Shown: one piece after another, positions 1 through 12,400 of the stretch
Position numbering within the stretch: the first letter of the stretch is position 1
Layout of the letters: each line of letters opens with the position of its first letter
Source: Antedon mediterranea
Taxonomy: Eukaryota; Animalia; Echinodermata
DNA: 64,000 nt
Assembly (NCBI RefSeq): GCF_964355755.1
Contig: NC_092678.1
Coordinates: forward strand, 13,142,352-13,206,351
Direction: 5' to 3'
Translations under genes and position numbers: made by a program
The notes under the pieces: generated by a model
Seen by the model: the letters and a program-made list of their open reading frames with translations, nothing else
What the model was told of the DNA's origin: nothing
Database searches by the model: none

Positions 1-200
1 ACTTTGTTACAGCCTTTACAAGGAAGACGATAAACTACTCCTGATTTGTCCTCAATGGATACTTTGTCCTTGGGTGCGACAAGAATTTGACGGAGTGTAT
101 GATGTGGTTTGAAGGCGGTGGGGGTGCCGTATTGTCCATAAACCCGTTTAAGTTGCTCGGATATACCTTTAAAAAAGGAATCACCACAGGAATTTTTCTA
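1..200 (-). mobile_element. Penelope-like retroelement ORF fragment (linker leading into the GIY-YIG endonuclease), runs off the window
   Basis: Minus strand reads PVVIPF(frameshift)KGISEQLKRVYGQYGTPTAFKPHHTLRQILVAPKDKVSIEDKSGVVYRLPCKGCNK, matching the Penelope pattern FKP..TLRQ.LV.PKDK...GVVY.I.C..C. Confidence 0.8.
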
Positions 201-559
201 GAACTAGATGTAGGAAGATCTGGATTTGAATTCGATTAATTTGATTACTTTATATTATTATCGATAGGGCCCTATCTAAGATGTTTATGTGAGACTGCCT
301 ATTAATTACCACGACGCAATCGCGGCGAATACCGCGTATTTTATAGTCATTGCGTACGATTATTGTTCACACGAAATTATGAATATGCGTCAAATATCGT
401 TTATAGCTGTTTGTATGTCGTGTTTTACTATTACTTTTTCAACCTGGAACATCCGAAACTGCATATTTTCAAATATCAAACTAACAATTTCAACCATCTG
501 ATCACGTAAACAATGACCAAATTTGTGTTCAATGTTGTTTGTTCAAGAACATCTGAAAT

Positions 560-1800
560 ATTGAACTTAACATATGTATCAGAATCCATGAATTCTCTTC
601 CACAGCACATGTAATTTCTTCAACGTGCCATTATATTATTTTTAGTCGTTTCTTCTTACGCCAAACTGGAGTATCTGGTATAAATCACATAATCAACTTC
701 TCCTACTGAGACTAAGACCAGCAATTCTTGCAAACAATAGTTTACTGGGAAGAAGCGACATAACCAAGACGTCATTACCCGAACTAAAACCTATATTCTC
801 TTCTTTTCTATTGAACATTTTCTTTATTTTAACTTGATCATTTACAATATTTCTGTTTGTCATCTCACGTGCACGATTTAACTAATCACGAAATGCAGAC
901 ACATAATCAAGTATTGATACAGACTCTTCTACATTCACTAACAGTCTTTCTTTAACCATTTTGAGAGTGCCTTGAACTGAATGACCATACAGCAACTCAA
1001 ATGGCCTAAACCCCAATGAATCACGAACAATGAATAATATATATGGTTTTATTGGACAAAGATTGCATATAGACCGCATATGATTGAAACAGGTGTGATA
1101 ATTATTTCTCTAAACACCACCGTGCGTTCGTCTTCAACAAGTTTACACAAAACCGGTTCCAAAACATTCCCAAAATGTTGACATCCCAGACCGAAAGACT
1201 CGAAACGACAATGACATCAAAATCGCTACTGATAATATCCGCAAACAAACATGAAGTGATACTTTCTTATAACTCCCTTTAACACCTTGAATAAGAATAA
1301 ATCAACTTTCACTTTCATCCACTCCACTTGTTGCTTCTTTCAACATGACCGTAATTACCAACGTGGTTTGAAGCGATTTTATTATCTTCATTAGCAAACA
1401 ACAAATTTACTACTACTACTTTTTTTACTTTGATTTTAAAATAATCTGATTTTGAAACCAGTTTGGTATCCACTACTCTGTACGTGAGTATATACTTATC
1501 GGTAACAGAAGCCGCTTTTGTTAAAATGTTCTGCTCCTCTAGATGAGTACGAACTTCGGTAAGGAAAACACTATTTAAACTCACGAAGCTTTCCAAATTC
1601 ACCGTTTACTCCTTCCGAACTGCGACATCAAAAAAGAATATGCTTCTACTTGCAACTTTTGTAAACGTTTGATCGTAATGTTTACCTCAGTTCCTAAATT
1701 TCTGCCGATACGTACAACATGTTCAGGCTGTATATCTTTAACTTGTATTATAAGCTTCATTATTCTAATTTCTTTATAGGATTGAACACACCACTTCAAG
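560..1800 (-). mobile_element. Degenerate Gypsy LTR-retrotransposon relic (gag-like and integrase C-terminal pieces)
   Basis: Broken ORFs LFIVRDSLGFRPFELLYGHSVQGTLKMVKE (integrase-like) and EVRTHLEEQNILTKAASVTDKYILTYR (gag-like); a diverged paralogous block lies at ~27430-28620. Confidence 0.65.
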
Positions 1801-3339
1801 TATATCTAAAATAAAATAACGTATAAACTTCATGATCAATATTTATTTGAAGATCAGATACACATCGCTGCATGTAATATCTGAGTACAAATAAATCTAC
1901 CTTAGAAATTAGCAATAACATAATAATGTCTGCAGTATATGCACGTCAGTTGGGAGTGAAAGAGCATATATTTAAAAAAAAACAGAGAAAAACAGACTAT
2001 AAATTGATTTTCTTTCTTGTTAAAAACAGGGACTGACACTACTGCTTCTATTTAGTGTAGGCTACGACGCACTTAAGTGATCTTAATGGTCTCAATGCAA
2101 TTGCCACACCAGAGTGGAGAACAATACTACTATGATAATATATACAGAGGCAACATCAGTAGATCATTTCATAAATGTTCATTTGAGTGAATTGCTTCTA
2201 ATAAAAAAACATTTACTGCCCTTGCATGTTGGCCTCATCATTGAAATCACACTTGTATGATTGTACTTACATGAATAGGCCTATGATCTGAATCACAAAC
2301 ATTTCTATTTCACTTTATTTTTGTGTCATCTATTATTAAATGATAGACCATACTGCAAACGAGTTTCGATTAATGCAAGTTAAGTGCACTAACAAGAACA
2401 AATCTATCTATTTTGTATGGAAGGCTGCACTCAATTTTAAGTTTATCTGGAGATATTTAGCTTTTAAAACGTATTCACGGAATTTTTACTATGTTTAAAA
2501 TTAATTTAGTAATTAAATAGTATATAGTGTATGGTAATGATAGTTTATTATTATCGGTCTTATCATATCTTTATTACGTTTTACTAAGACAAGAAAGGCG
2601 TATCATTATTTTGGTCACATGATCGATGTAAACACGTCACCCGCGGAGCTACAAATTGGAAGGATGGTCATTCCATATTAAATTTACGGCGAAATTATGT
2701 TTCTTTGTCTGTTTTTGACCCCATTTAAAAATTAAATGTTTTGGTGTGATGTTACTTACAAAAATGTCATCCAAATAATCAATAAATAAGGACAAGAATG
2801 AATTATGACCGGAAGAACACGCCGCGGAATGTTCAAACGTTTCTATTCCAGTACGAATACTAATTTCAATTACAACGTAACTATCTCATATTATTGCATC
2901 TTGCATAACACTCAACATCTCCTTACCACAATACTAATTTATGGTATATGGTACTGGTATTTGTTACGTTTAATAGTCCTTTTATAATACACTGGCTTCG
3001 AATGTTGATAATTTTATTTTATTTTACAAACAAATTTAAGTAAACTTACCAATTTGATGTTTACCACTTCGAGTGAATATTTTGAAAACATTCGAAAGCA
3101 CATACATATGTGTCTTTGCTATACTAAAATAACTTCCCAGTTGGCTACATCATCATCGGAATCACTCCGGAAATAAGGGAATTCACAGAAAATTGATATT
3201 TTTCAGTCTACGTTCACAGCATAACACCAGCAAAACATTTCATTTCAATTTCTTTGAGTATTATTTATCATTGCAAAACTAAAATGATTTGCTGCAATAA
3301 CCTGTATGATTTAACTTCATGATTATAATTTCTTGATAG

Positions 3340-3444
3340 GACGGAAACACCCCGCTGCATGAATATATGCGTTCAAATGAACCTACCTTAGAATTAGTGA
3401 ACTACCTCACGGAACAAGGTGCATCCGTATCAGCACTAAATAAG
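3340..3444 (+). CDS. Ankyrin exon, 105 nt, phase 0/0: DGNTPLHEYMRSNEPTLELVNYLTEQGASVSALNK
   Basis: tag|GAC...AAG|gtaata; fits G.TPLH...LE.V.YL...GA ankyrin consensus. Confidence 0.9.
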
Positions 3445-6400
3445 GTAATATGGGCTAGAGATAATTTATATGATTACACCTAACGTACGTATGATCTGGG
3501 CCGGAAACAGATCTTATCCACTTTATTTTATTTATTTTGATTGAGTTATTTATACTTACTTGCTGCAATAAATATTTAGTAGTAATTAAAAAAGATCCTA
3601 CAGTTATTGTGATATTGGTATATTGTTCAATGAAATTATTAATTTACCTATGTTTTATGTGGACATGTCATTATAAAATGGTTGAATTTAGGATCATGAC
3701 TGAAAGCAATATATAAACTACACGGGCGGTTATGATTTCTTTTATCACTAAAACTGCAAAATAATGGGAATGCACATACAATTTATATAATTAATTCGGT
3801 CTACGTTCACAAAATATGCACCAGCAAAACCTTTTATTTTAACTTCTTTGTGTATTATTTATCATTACTTTACTATAATTATTTGCTGCAATACACTGTA
3901 TGTATAAACTTCGTGATAATAATTTGTTCTCTATAGGACGGAAACAGCCCGTTGCATGAATACATGCGTTCAAATGAACCTGCCTTAGATGTAGTAAACT
4001 ATCTCACGAAGCAAGGTGCATCAATAACAGCACTAAATAAGGTAATATAGGGCTACAGATAATTTATATGACTAGATGGTACGCTCGCTTCGCTCGCGTA
4101 CCATCTAGGTCGTGCCCACAGATGGTTCTCGAATACATAATAATTTCAGCGTTAAAAAACTGGCGATTTCAAATGTACGTACCGCAGGACAATAATACAT
4201 GTCGTTTACAGGAACGAATAAATAGAGACTGTGATTTATGTACTGAACTAAAATTAGCACCCTGGGAATTACTTCCGAAAGAAAAACTTGTCACAAAATG
4301 AGTCAAATTTAAACAAACTTAATTTGTGTTTTGTATGTAACATTAGGGTTGAGGGATGGGAAAGAGGATGGGTGCAAAGAGGAACAGTTGTTAAATATAT
4401 TCTTTATCCATGTAGTAACGAAATATTAATTGTTTTCATGTTTTACAAATAATATACCACTAAACACAGTAAAACATTGTGATGTAATACTTTGTTGAAA
4501 CTATCACCGTCCTAGTCGATTGAAATAGTATAGTACATGTAACGATACATCACTACGACGTTTATAATATGTTTATATAATGTATAACAATTTGTGAAAA
4601 CCACCCCTATTCGTGGCAAATCATAAATTCGACTTAATCGTCAATAAATATTAAATTATCTAACTCAACTTAATTAGTAGGCCTAATGGTTTTCAATTGT
4701 TTCTTAGAGTTAATTCATACTTAAGTTGGTTCCTAACCCTACCCACCAAAGTTGTTCTGCGTTTAGGGCATGTGATGCACCGTAGGCCTATCTTCTACTG
4801 GCTTTACAACGCTACTCATGCCAGTGGGGGAAGGGTGATGATGTCACGTGGGTGGTTTAACTGCAATAATAAAGATTTGTACATAATATACGGCGACTGA
4901 AAACGCTAGCTCACTATCCGTTAAAAAAAAATCTATATCCAACCTCTGCAGCACAGATTGAAAAAAAAATGGATCGAATTTCTGTTATGAGTATACAGTA
5001 CTTGCCTTTACGACGCCTGAGGGAATAGACACTTGTGGAACAGAGATTGGAATGTTCCATTCATTTCAAATCAATACATTGGCATAAACGTATATTAAAT
5101 CTATCAAAATAGTATTTTTTAAAGAAAATTGGCCTGTCTTCAACATTATGATACTGTACTCGAGCTGTTCAACCGATTTTCAGCTATTAAAAACAATTAT
5201 CGTAGGAGGAGATAGGAAAATGCGAAGCCTCCTCGCATTTTTGTGGCGGGTATTTTTCAAGATGGACATCCATTAGACAGTGTATACCATGATCGGAAAA
5301 CACCCCTATTTGAGGCAAATCGTTGAACCTAAATTCGTTTTAATCGTCAATAACTAATTATCTAACTTAATTTAATTAGTTAACAGTGTTACATCAGGTG
5401 GTTAAAATCAGTACCGAAAGTACGAACCAACTTTATATACCATCGAGTAAAAATTCTAAAAGTAAGGCGCGATTTACCGAATTTAACCCTTACGTAAATT
5501 TATATATAGATTACACCTATAACGTACGTATGATCTGCAACGCACAAACATCTTATCCACTTTATTTTATATCATATTACAATTGATTGAGTTATTTAGA
5601 ATTACATACTGCAATAATTATTTAGTAGTAATTAAACAATAGTATACAGTAAAGCTTGGTTCCCACTAGAACGTAACGCAAGGACGTAAACGCAACGCAA
5701 GCGTTTTAACCAATGATAAGCGAAGTTATAGACAGTTAGCATTCACAAGCGAATAAGCCATCGCTTGTGATGGCTTATTCGCTTGTGAATGGTCAATTCA
5801 CTTGCGTTGCGTTACGTCCTTGCGTTGCGTCGCTAGTGGGAACCACGCTTTATTGTGAAATTGGTATATTTTGCAATGAAAGTATTAATTGAACTATGTT
5901 TTATGTGGACATGATTGAATTTAGAATCATGACTGAAAGCAATGTTCACGTTAACCTGTATGTAAACTACACAATTATTTTTTTTTTATCAGTAATATTG
6001 CTAAATAGTAAACAATTGATTCAATTCCGTCTACGTTCACAGCATATGCACCAGCAAAACCTTTATTTCAACTTCTTTGTGTATTCTTTATCTATAACTA
6101 TAATTATTTGTTTCAATAACATTTAAGTATACATTGATTGAGTTATTTAAAATTACTTGCTGCAATAATTATTTAGTAAATTAAACAATATTATACGGCT
6201 TTACCACGTTGAAACACCGGTTCTCGTCAGATCACCGAAGTTAAGCGACGTTGGGCCTGTTTAGTGCTTGGATGGGATACAATCTGGGAATATCGGGTGC
6301 TGTATATTTAGCTGGGGCCCATCAAGCATTTAAAATCAGCATTGCTGACAATTATGGCAGCCGCTGAATCTAGTATTTGCCTTTCTTCTGGTGAAGGTGG

Positions 6401-9400
6401 CCACAGGACGAGAGAAGCCCTTGATCAATGTTAGGCCCCATCAAAGTGCTTTAAACAGTCCTGGCTTTGTTAGTATCAAACATGTTAGTGGCGGTAATTA
6501 TCGGTGTTGGTTTCGATTGAATAAAATGAAATAAAAATAAAATAAAAATACAGTTATTGTGAAGTTGGTATATTTTGCAATGAAATTATTAATTTACCTA
6601 CGTTTTCTGTGGACATGTCATTAAAAAAGGGTTGAATTTAAAAGCATGACTGAAAGCAATGTTTACATTAACCTGTTGTATAAACTTAACCATTATGATT
6701 TTTTCCATTAATCATTGTAAACGAGAATCCACAGACAATCGATACAATTGAGTCTACGTTCACAGCATAATATGCACCAGCAAACCATTTTATTTAAAAT
6801 TGTTGTTGATTATTTATCATTACTTAAATATAATTATTTGCTGCAATGATATGTTTGTTGTATAAACATCTTGATTATACATTTTTTTTATAGGACGGAA
6901 ACAACCTACTGCATGAATACATGCGTTCTAATAAACCTACCTTAAAAATAGTGAAATATTTCACGAAGCAAGGTGCAACAGTATCAGCACCAAATAAGGT
7001 AACTTATAAGCACATGGTATTTTTCAAAAGGTAATCGAGAAGAACTGAAACGTGTTCAGAAAGAGAACTGAAGCTTGTTATAAGTTAATACAAACGAAAA
7101 ATTGAAAATAATGTTGTCAGTAATGACATGAAAAAGGTTTGGACAGGAATGCGGATAAAAATTGGTTATAAAGGATCGAATATGAAGAATAAAAACTATA
7201 AATTTGATAACATCAATAGGTTATGCAAATAGATTTGGCAATATTGATTTAAAAAAAAAACAAGATTAGCTATTAGTTAGCTCGTAGGATTTTGATATTT
7301 TGAATTTGACCTATTCTAATAGGTCAACTTCATAATCAAATATTTCCTGTTCATTAGTTAAAACTAATGAACAAGACGTCTTTGAATTATTCCGAAAGTT
7401 AAAACATTCCAAGGCACCAACCCCTGATAGTATACAATCCAAGGTACTTAAAGCATGTTGTTTTCAAATATCCTGGTGTATTTACAGTCATTTTTAATAC
7501 AAGAACATTTTTTTTTAATTGTGTTTCTTAACCAATTTTATATTTTAATACGTCCTTGTAAAACAATCATTTCATCAGACTTTTTCTGGCTTTTGTAAAT
7601 ATTTTATATATTAGATTAAAAAAAATAAATATGATGAAAATAACACAGATCAATTAAAATATATTGACTTTACTTCTTTTTAAATGACCATCACCTCTCT
7701 TAAGCGACCACTACCCCTTTATTTAATATAGTGACCACCACTTTTAAAGAACCACCACCTCTTGTAAGCGTCCATCACTTTTAAAGGATCACCACACGTA
7801 AGAAAGATGGTTTCTTACGATATATGTGTCACATTATAGTTTAAAGGACATTGGAAACCATAATCAATTTGCATTGCAACTTATGATTTAATTAGGATTT
7901 GCTTGTTAATTAAGATTGTTGATGCATGTTGTTTTTTTATATCGGGAGTCCTTATTGAAACAAGCTCTAGAGCTTATAGAGTTATCATCTTGCTCTCATC
8001 CTGCAATTTTATTATATGTTTTTGTAATACAGTATTGATATAAAACAAACAGACGTTCTGTCATTCTTTATAATTGTATGAGTAAAAAGTATGAGTATTC
8101 CTGTATCTGAAGTGTTTTGTAAACACAATATGTCTTATAATATTCATGTTGCATCTGCCACAAAACAACAACAATCAATCATGTTATCAGTTGTGTCTAA
8201 CAAAAAGAATAAGAATCCTAATTATCCTTATTATTAAAACTTCATCAGTTTGGCATTAATGGTACTTTATTCTCATGGTTTAAAAGTTATCTTGGCGGTA
8301 GGTTGCAGAGAGTAGTAATTGATGGTGCCACATCCAATTCTCTCCCAGTCATCTCAGGCGTGCCTCAAGGTTCCATTCTTGCCTCCCTGCTGTTCAATAT
8401 ATTTGTAAATGAAATACCAAATCTCTTTCAAAATTCCTACTGTCTTATGTTCGCTGAAGACCTCAAGATTTACAAAATTATTACCACCACTGAGGACTCC
8501 GTTGCACTTCAGGCAGATCTGGAAAGACTCAGTACGTGGGTTTCCGAATGGAAAATGTCCCTGAAGTCCGAGAAATGCAAAGTCCTGTCTTGCTCTCTTA
8601 AGAAAAACCTATTAGTTTCGCTTACTCTGTTCAAGAAGAAGTCATTGAAAGTGTAAACTCTTATCGGGACCTCAGCATTTTCATCGACCGTAAACTGACA
8701 TTTATTTCACACGTTGATCATGTTGTCAGAAAGGCCAAAAGGCTGCTTGGGCTGATGTGGCGCAATTGCAAACATTTCTCTCCATACACCAAACGTGCAC
8801 TTTATCTTTATCTTTCCCTCATCCAACCATCTTTCAATTTCTATTCAATTATTTACAACTCACTCTCTGTTTCTCAAGCCTCCAGAATAGATCGGACCCA
8901 TAACAAGTTTTTGCGCTTTGTCGGCCCAGGAGCCAACCTGCCTCCTATTGTTTCCCCGACATCTAGGAGAGCAAGACAGGATTTGCAATTCCTGTATAAA
9001 TTTCTTACTTCTAAGTTTTATTGTAATCTTGTTTCGTTTTTAGTCGGGTGAAAGCGACTCTATAGTTCACTATGTCGGTCGGTCGGTCGGTCTGTCGGTC
9101 TGTCGGTCTGTCTGTCGGTCCGGTATCACTATGCGTTTTATCGCTTTCTGACCTTATCTTGATATCAATTTAATCTAGCTAAGTTAATTTTTCACAGTAT
9201 ATTCCTTATGGCCAGGAATCGATGTGGTTATGTTTTCATGGTGCGCAATAAAAAATTACGCGGTCTACGCACGATTTAACGAAATTATGTTTGTAATCAT
9301 ATCTTCACAACCATGAATCACAATTAAATAGAATTTGGTACTAAAAAATTTCAGGGCATAAATCATCATATGGCAATACAATTACGTGCGTAGCGCATGT

Positions 9401-12400
9401 AACGCATGCGTACGCGCGCATAAAATTTTCAAAATTTATTTTCGATGAAATAAGAGTACGTTTCAGGCAATTTGAAGCGTTTACAAAATTGCCATGAGTC
9501 ACAAAGCCACAAAGTTACGCGCGCACGCGCATTTAAAATTTTAAAAAGCGCAAAATTCATTTTTAATCAACTTTCTACGCGTTTCTTGTCATTTTGAGCA
9601 TGTCAAAAATTCCCATACGCGCGCAAATTTTTACACGCGTGATGCGCACGTAGCGTTAAATACATACTTTTTTCGCGTGATTTATGTTTTTGCAGCCTTT
9701 TCTAATAATTTTACCATCTTTTAAACTATTTCGACTTAAAATTACGTCATACGATCACGTCGAATAGAGAGAAATGGCGAACCGCGATGACGTCACTCAA
9801 ATTTCACCGAGTGGGTATAGATTGTAAACAAACCATTTCGCCACATGTTTTTGTATGGGAAATTCCGATGGGTTGAGTTAAAAAGGTAGTTAGAAAAGAA
9901 CGTTTAAAACACACATAAAAGCAGTATCTTTTTTTTTGCAACACCCTTAACAATTTTAATGTTATATGGGCAAATCTTAACATATTTTATTTCAATTTGG
10001 ATTGAATTAAGACGCGTTTTTTTTGTTATATACTGTACCCAGCTCTAGGCCCTAGATAGTTTCGCTGATGCTGTGTAGTACCCTCGAGTAGGCCTACTCG
10101 AGCGAGCCTAGCACGGATTATCGGTTATTATAATAATAATAATAATATTGGAAATTCTTTATTGCATACTGTACTACTACTACTTTAGCTAGGGTGCTGC
10201 TAGGCCTCTCCTAGCTAGGTAGTAAGACTAAATAGAGCATCTCTAGTAGACGTAGGCCTAGCATTTAGTTTCAGCTTGACAACTGCCATTTTGTTATGTG
10301 GCTAGTGATGCTTCCTGCAGGGGGGCTACCGCCAGTAATGAATACTTGATAACACTATTCTACTATAATACTATAGGCCTAGTCTAATGTAGACCTACAT
10401 ATATGAGATATTTTTAGGAATATGATTGTGAATGATGGATGACTAAATACACAAATAGAAAAGAATTATGAGCGTTACAGCAACAACATTGGTTAGACGA
10501 CGCCATGATTCACGTGTATAAACATAGGAAATGTGCCGCCATCAACGGTTTGTTATGATTTTATACCCACTCGGATTTTAGACGTCGGTTCGCCATTTCT
10601 CTCTATTGGATAATTTGCGTACGTTTTTGATGAAAAAGTTAAAAAATTCGTCAAAATTATGCCTTTTTAGTCGCGTGGACGCGACTATAGTTCACTATGT
10701 CGGTCGGTCTGTCTGTCGGTCTGTCTGTCGGTCTGTCTGTCGGTCCGGTATCATTATGCATTGTAGCACGCAACTTAATGGCTGTTGGTCTTGTTTTATT
10801 TTAATGTTCCTTTGTAATCTTCGTAGTAAACCCCTTTTTTCATGTTAAATTTTCTCGTGTCAATGTTTGTAAATATGGTATTTTCTGTAGACTCTCGTCT
10901 TTGTACAATTCATGTTTTAAAAAAAAATTATTCTTTAGATATTTTTAACTGGAATTTCTCTCAATTTAAATGTATTATTAATGAAATTATTTAAATAATC
11001 TTATTTACATTTTTGTATATATTTATATTGGCTTATATTTATAGTTTAGTTATTTTATTTTCAACCTGTTATTGGTGTTTTACACTGTTGGCTTGAAATA
11101 AAGAATTAAATTTGAATTATATTTCATGTGTATGATTTATTCACAGAATGGATACACACCGATAAATATTTATCTGGATCGTGGTGATGTTAAATTAGAG
11201 ATATTGTACTGTCTGATAACCAATGGTGAATCACCCACATTACCAAAAAAGGTAATTTGACAAAAATGTAAATTTCAATAGTATATCATACTGATGCTTA
11301 ATGATAATTATTATGTTTTTCTTCGTTTTTTACTTCCAAACGTAAGAAGGTATTATACTACTGTATATGTTAATTATTATAAACATGATGCAACTTCTCT
11401 TGGTATAAATAATACATTTTAGCGACTTTCGATTAATTTGATTTAAAAATATTTATTTATTAAAAATATAACATTTTTTTTTTTTTAGGAAGGAAGCAAT
11501 GCTCTACATATACATCTAAGTGGTAGATATGTTAAACCTACGTTAGAAATAGTGACTAATCTCATTAAACTTGGTGTATCTCCAACATTACCGAATAAGG
11601 TAAAGTACATAAGAGTGGTCATATATTCCCGTGATCTAACATTGTATAATTATCGGATGGGACTCAAACACACCCCAGATCACTAGTGTTGTGTTCATAA
11701 CTCTATACCTGCATCAGAGTGGTTACAGCAAGCAAATACAGTTGGACACCTCTAACGTTTGTGGTACCGAGATTAAATCTCTAAATATGAAATGAAAATA
11801 TATATTTTTTTAATTATCCGCATCGTTTGTTTAATTTAATTTTTTATTGTATAAAATAAGTACGTATGATTTATAATGAACTTGAGAGAAAAGTGCCATA
11901 CGTAAGTAAAGTAGTAAAGTCGAAACCTAATGCTAACAGCCTTGGTGCCCATCTCTATTTCTTTAGCGTTTTGGCCAGGCTTATCGGGCTTATCACATCT
12001 TTATTACGTTTTACTAAGGCAAGAAAGGCGTATCATTATTTTGGTCACGTGAACGATATAAACACGTCACACGCGGAGCTACAAATTAGAATTCGGGGAG
12101 ATGTCCTATCAATCATCATTCAATATTACTGCGAAATTATGTTTGTTTTTCTGCCTTTGACCCCATTTAAACATTTAACTTGTTGGTGTGATGTTAATTA
12201 CAACAATGTCATCCAAATAATCAATAAGGATACGAATGAATTATGACTGGAAAAACACGCCGCGGAATTTTCTAAACGTTTCTATTCCAGTACGAATACT
12301 ACTTTTAATTACAACCTAACTATCTCATATTGCATCATGCATAACACTCAACATCTCCTTACCACAATACTAATTTTCGAATAGATTCCAATATATTCAT

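Noticed and set aside
4068-4900. ORFs conserved at 62715-63547 (also 2805 / 61452)
   Set aside because: Conservation simply reflects the recent duplication; they lie in a non-autonomous Helitron or intron and show no domain
6193-6305. Functional 5S rRNA gene
   Set aside because: Many substitutions, no T-run terminator, and fused to a SINE body and tail
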